In this document: piece by piece, positions 61,656 to 64,000 of the stretch
Position numbering within the stretch: position 1 is the first letter of the stretch
Layout: every line of letters begins with the position of its first letter
Virus record (IMG/VR): IMGVR_UViG_3300046463_000548
Span: 1 to 64,000 of that record
Source of the DNA: a virus
Strand: one strand, 5' to 3'
Length of the DNA stretch: 64,000 bases
Notes under the pieces: generated by a model
What the model was told of the DNA's origin: nothing
The model's input: only the letters and a program-made list of their open reading frames with translations
The model's database searches: none
Program-made: the position numbers and the translations under genes

Positions 61656-63123
61656 ATGCGCGGTTGGTGGTTGCTCGAAGATCGGCTGCGAGGGCGGAAT
61701 CTACTGCTTCAACGCAGACGGCACGCGCAAGGAAGTGAGCGAGAGACAGAAGGAGCAGTTGCGGGACGCGTTCGCAGAGTACGCGGCGCGCGGCGCGGAG
61801 CAGCAGCCGGGGCAACCGGCCGTGAATCACCACGATTTGCTAAGCCGAGCGGCGCATCATCTGCGCGAGCACGGGAGTGAGTACGGCCACCCCATGCAGA
61901 CTGAGCTAATCGCGGAGCTTGAGGCTGCAGCAGCCCAGCCCACTGTGGGTCAAACGCAGACCGACGCGCCAGGTGATCTGGTCGTGTTGACAAACGACGA
62001 ATTAAACGCCCTGACGAAACAGCGCTTCGGGAACATGCATCAACAGTATGCAGAAGGATTCCGCCGCCTTATGCGGAGCGCCATCGAGGCAAATGCCGAG
62101 AAGGTGCGGGCTGCACCATCCGCCAGGGTCACCGAAACGCGAGTCTGCGGCGAGCGTGAGCATTGCATCAATTGCGGCACCTTTGCAGACCCACGTTGTG
62201 GATGTGAGCGGGGACGAAAGCTTGCCGCGTACTATCGAACTCCTGAGAATGCAGTGCCGCCGTCGTCCACGGCAGCGACGAGTTCAACGGACCGCTGCTA
62301 TGCACCCGCATGCGGCCAGTGGGACGGCAATGATTCGTGCACGTGCCAGCGAGTTACGGCAACAGAAGCGCAGCTTGAGAATTTTGACGTGGCAGTCCAC
62401 AAGTTGGCGACAACGCACGCACTGGATCGGACCGGCTCCGGTGGATGGATTTTTGAAAACCACAAGCTGTTCATTTTCGCACACGAGCTAGGCCCAAAGT
62501 ATTCGGCCGCAGGAAAGGATGTGTCGCTGACTGACGATGCGCGCGAATGCCTGATGGATGTCGTTAGCCATCACCATGACTTTCGGACTGCCTGCATCGA
62601 GGTGAAAGCATCCAATGAAACGACGCGCAGTGATGAGTCATATTGGCAAAAGCAAATCGAGGTGCTGGACCGCATGAGAGCGCAAGCGGAACGCGCGCTA
62701 GCTGCACGCGGACAGATTACGACGAAGCGTGACGAGCCCCGGCTAGATAAGCCCGCTCAGGTTGGGGGAACCCGATTTCATGCGGGAGTGAAGTGGTCCA
62801 CGGTAATCGCAGCCACGCAACGACACTTCGAATACATGCAGACCCCTGAGAAAGAGGCTGAACGGATCGAGAAAGGCAAGGCGCTTGTTGAGTATCTTTT
62901 GAGCGGGCAGGCCGCGTCACCGGAAGCAGCGGAGAACGAGGCACTGCTCAAAGCGCTAGCTGAATGCCGCGAGGCGTTCCCTGTGCCAGAGGCGGGCTCG
63001 ACGCTGGATGGCTATTGGGTGTCTGCGGTCGGTGACCCCTTCGAAGTTCCGGCTTACATACGCGCCGCGCTCGCTGCGCAAAAAGTTGCCGAGAACACGC
63101 AAAAACCAAACGTTAAAGGATAA
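61642..63123 (+). CDS. Multi-module mosaic phage protein with Cys clusters
   Basis: 493-aa ORF of short helical modules separated by A/P/Q linkers. Confidence 0.7.
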   Translation: MTTTECAVGGCSKIGCEGGIYCFNADGTRKEVSERQKEQLRDAFAEYAARGAEQQPGQPAVNHHDLLSRAAHHLREHGSEYGHPMQTELIAELEAAAAQPTVGQTQTDAPGDLVVLTNDELNALTKQRFGNMHQQYAEGFRRLMRSAIEANAEKVRAAPSARVTETRVCGEREHCINCGTFADPRCGCERGRKLAAYYRTPENAVPPSSTAATSSTDRCYAPACGQWDGNDSCTCQRVTATEAQLENFDVAVHKLATTHALDRTGSGGWIFENHKLFIFAHELGPKYSAAGKDVSLTDDARECLMDVVSHHHDFRTACIEVKASNETTRSDESYWQKQIEVLDRMRAQAERALAARGQITTKRDEPRLDKPAQVGGTRFHAGVKWSTVIAATQRHFEYMQTPEKEAERIEKGKALVEYLLSGQAASPEAAENEALLKALAECREAFPVPEAGSTLDGYWVSAVGDPFEVPAYIRAALAAQKVAENTQKPNVKG

Positions 63124-63127
63124 TTAC

Positions 63128-63493
63128 ATGACATCCAAAGTCACGACGGTAACCGACGTGCTGATGGCGCGCATCGTTAGCGGACAGTACGTCCACGTTC
63201 TGCCCCCTCAGGATAAGTTGTCGCTTAACCTTAAGGTCAGTCGGACATCGGTGCGCGAAGCAGTCTCCAAGCTCGAAGTCTGGAATGTTGTCGCGGTTCG
63301 TCCCAAGACAGGCACGAAAATCAATCCGCCCAAAGACTGGTCTATGGTCAGTCTGCCGGTGGTAAAGTACCGGTTGATGTCAGAGGGACGCGGACTGAGT
63401 GTCGAAACGATAGACAGCCTGCTGGAAGAAATACGCGCCACTCTGCTGGAGGTTGTGACACCTAGCGCCGCCCCAGACACGGATGGTCGATAA
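63128..63493 (+). CDS. GntR-family winged-helix protein lacking a full effector domain
   Basis: I.SG.Y...LP....L...L.VSRTSVREA...L.....V..RPK.GT. Confidence 0.85.
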   Translation: MTSKVTTVTDVLMARIVSGQYVHVLPPQDKLSLNLKVSRTSVREAVSKLEVWNVVAVRPKTGTKINPPKDWSMVSLPVVKYRLMSEGRGLSVETIDSLLEEIRATLLEVVTPSAAPDTDGR

Positions 63494-63504
63494 AAGGCAA
63501 AGAG

Positions 63505-63732
63505 ATGAGTCCGAGGATCGACAGGCTCAAAGCAGGCCAGCGCGTGAGACTGGCTAACGGAGGACACGCGGTGATCCGCCAGCAGGATAGGGCGATGAAG
63601 CTGGTGACCGGCACGTCAGAGTACGGCGACCAATCGTTCATCTGGACGTATGACGGGGCCGCCGTTTCGTGTTTTTCCGTTTGCGTGCGTCAGCGTATGC
63701 CAACCCTTGACATCGTTGAAGTGTTGACCTGA
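63505..63732 (+). CDS. Hypothetical protein
   Basis: AAGG RBS; ends before terminator. Confidence 0.6.
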   Translation: MSPRIDRLKAGQRVRLANGGHAVIRQQDRAMKLVTGTSEYGDQSFIWTYDGAAVSCFSVCVRQRMPTLDIVEVLT

Positions 63733-63751
63733 TTTTCGCGTATCTGGTACG

Positions 63752-63777
63752 ACCCGCTTCGGCGGGTTTTCTTTTTT
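63752..63777 (+). terminator. Rho-independent terminator
   Basis: ACCCGC-TTCG-GCGGGT + T-run. Confidence 0.85.
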
Positions 63778-63784
63778 CTAGTTG

Positions 63785-63813
63785 TTGACGGTCTGTGCAA
63801 AGTCACTTAGAAT
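63785..63813 (+). promoter_or_regulatory. Sigma70-like promoter TTGACG-N17-TAGAAT with conserved box
   Basis: TTGACGGTCTGTGC...TAGAAT. Confidence 0.8.
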
Positions 63814-63851
63814 GGACTTGTTGGTTGAGTGAACGACTGAGGGGAACGAAA

Positions 63852-64000
63852 ATGGCGGGTCAATATCTTGCACTTTGTCAGCGATGCAACGGCACCGGCC
63901 GGTATGATCGCGGTGCCTGTTTTGGTTGCCGCCCCTTCGGATCGTTGGGTTGGGTCCGGCGTGTGACCCGGGCGCGGGACGGTGCACAGGTTACCGCGAT
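63852..64000 (+). CDS. Partial ORF with CxxCxGxG zinc-finger motif (runs off window)
   Basis: MAGQYLALCQRCNGTGRYDRGACFGC...; GAGGGG RBS. Confidence 0.55.
   Translation, partial: MAGQYLALCQRCNGTGRYDRGACFGCRPFGSLGWVRRVTRARDGAQVTA

Noticed and set aside
1-64000. tRNA, rRNA, IS elements, integrase/att sites
   Set aside because: No cloverleaf with T-loop consensus, rRNA-like tract, transposase or recombinase motifs recognised by eye; a tRNAscan/ISEScan run would be needed to exclude them fully.

Overview
This window looks like part of a large temperate myovirus-like phage that can be kept as a plasmid (phage-plasmid), probably from a Burkholderiaceae host. That host call is inferred from a chromid-type parA-parB-rep cassette. 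Layout: (1) 1-3.3 kb, a tandem array of ten short, unrelated ORFs that all carry the peptide motif [L/I]-N-A-[A/S/G]-x-R-L, which recurs twice in an ORF at 57.3 kb. (2) 3.3-9.2 kb, 17-20 kb and 58.4-64 kb, 'early'-type cassettes of small hypothetical genes. Each is driven by a sigma70-like promoter carrying an invariant 14-bp box TTGACG-N3-TGTGC (12 copies, in both orientations). (3) 9.2-16.8 kb, maintenance and moron functions: an RHH-ParE TA pair, a VioB-like acyltransferase, a candidate ori, parA, parB, a structured leader and rep. (4) 20-40 kb and 47-48 kb on the minus strand, a Pol III-style replication/recombination set: DnaB-like helicase, SF2 helicase, beta clamp, gamma/tau clamp loader, SbcC/Rad50, Cas4-like nuclease, 5'-3' exonuclease, MTase and a homing endonuclease. 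Its transcription units are preceded by a second motif, AGTAAATA. (5) 40-57 kb, several paralogous tail-fibre/receptor-binding genes plus a holin and a GH19 endolysin. No CRISPR array, rRNA or recognisable tRNA was seen. All functional calls come from motif recognition by eye; no database search was run.
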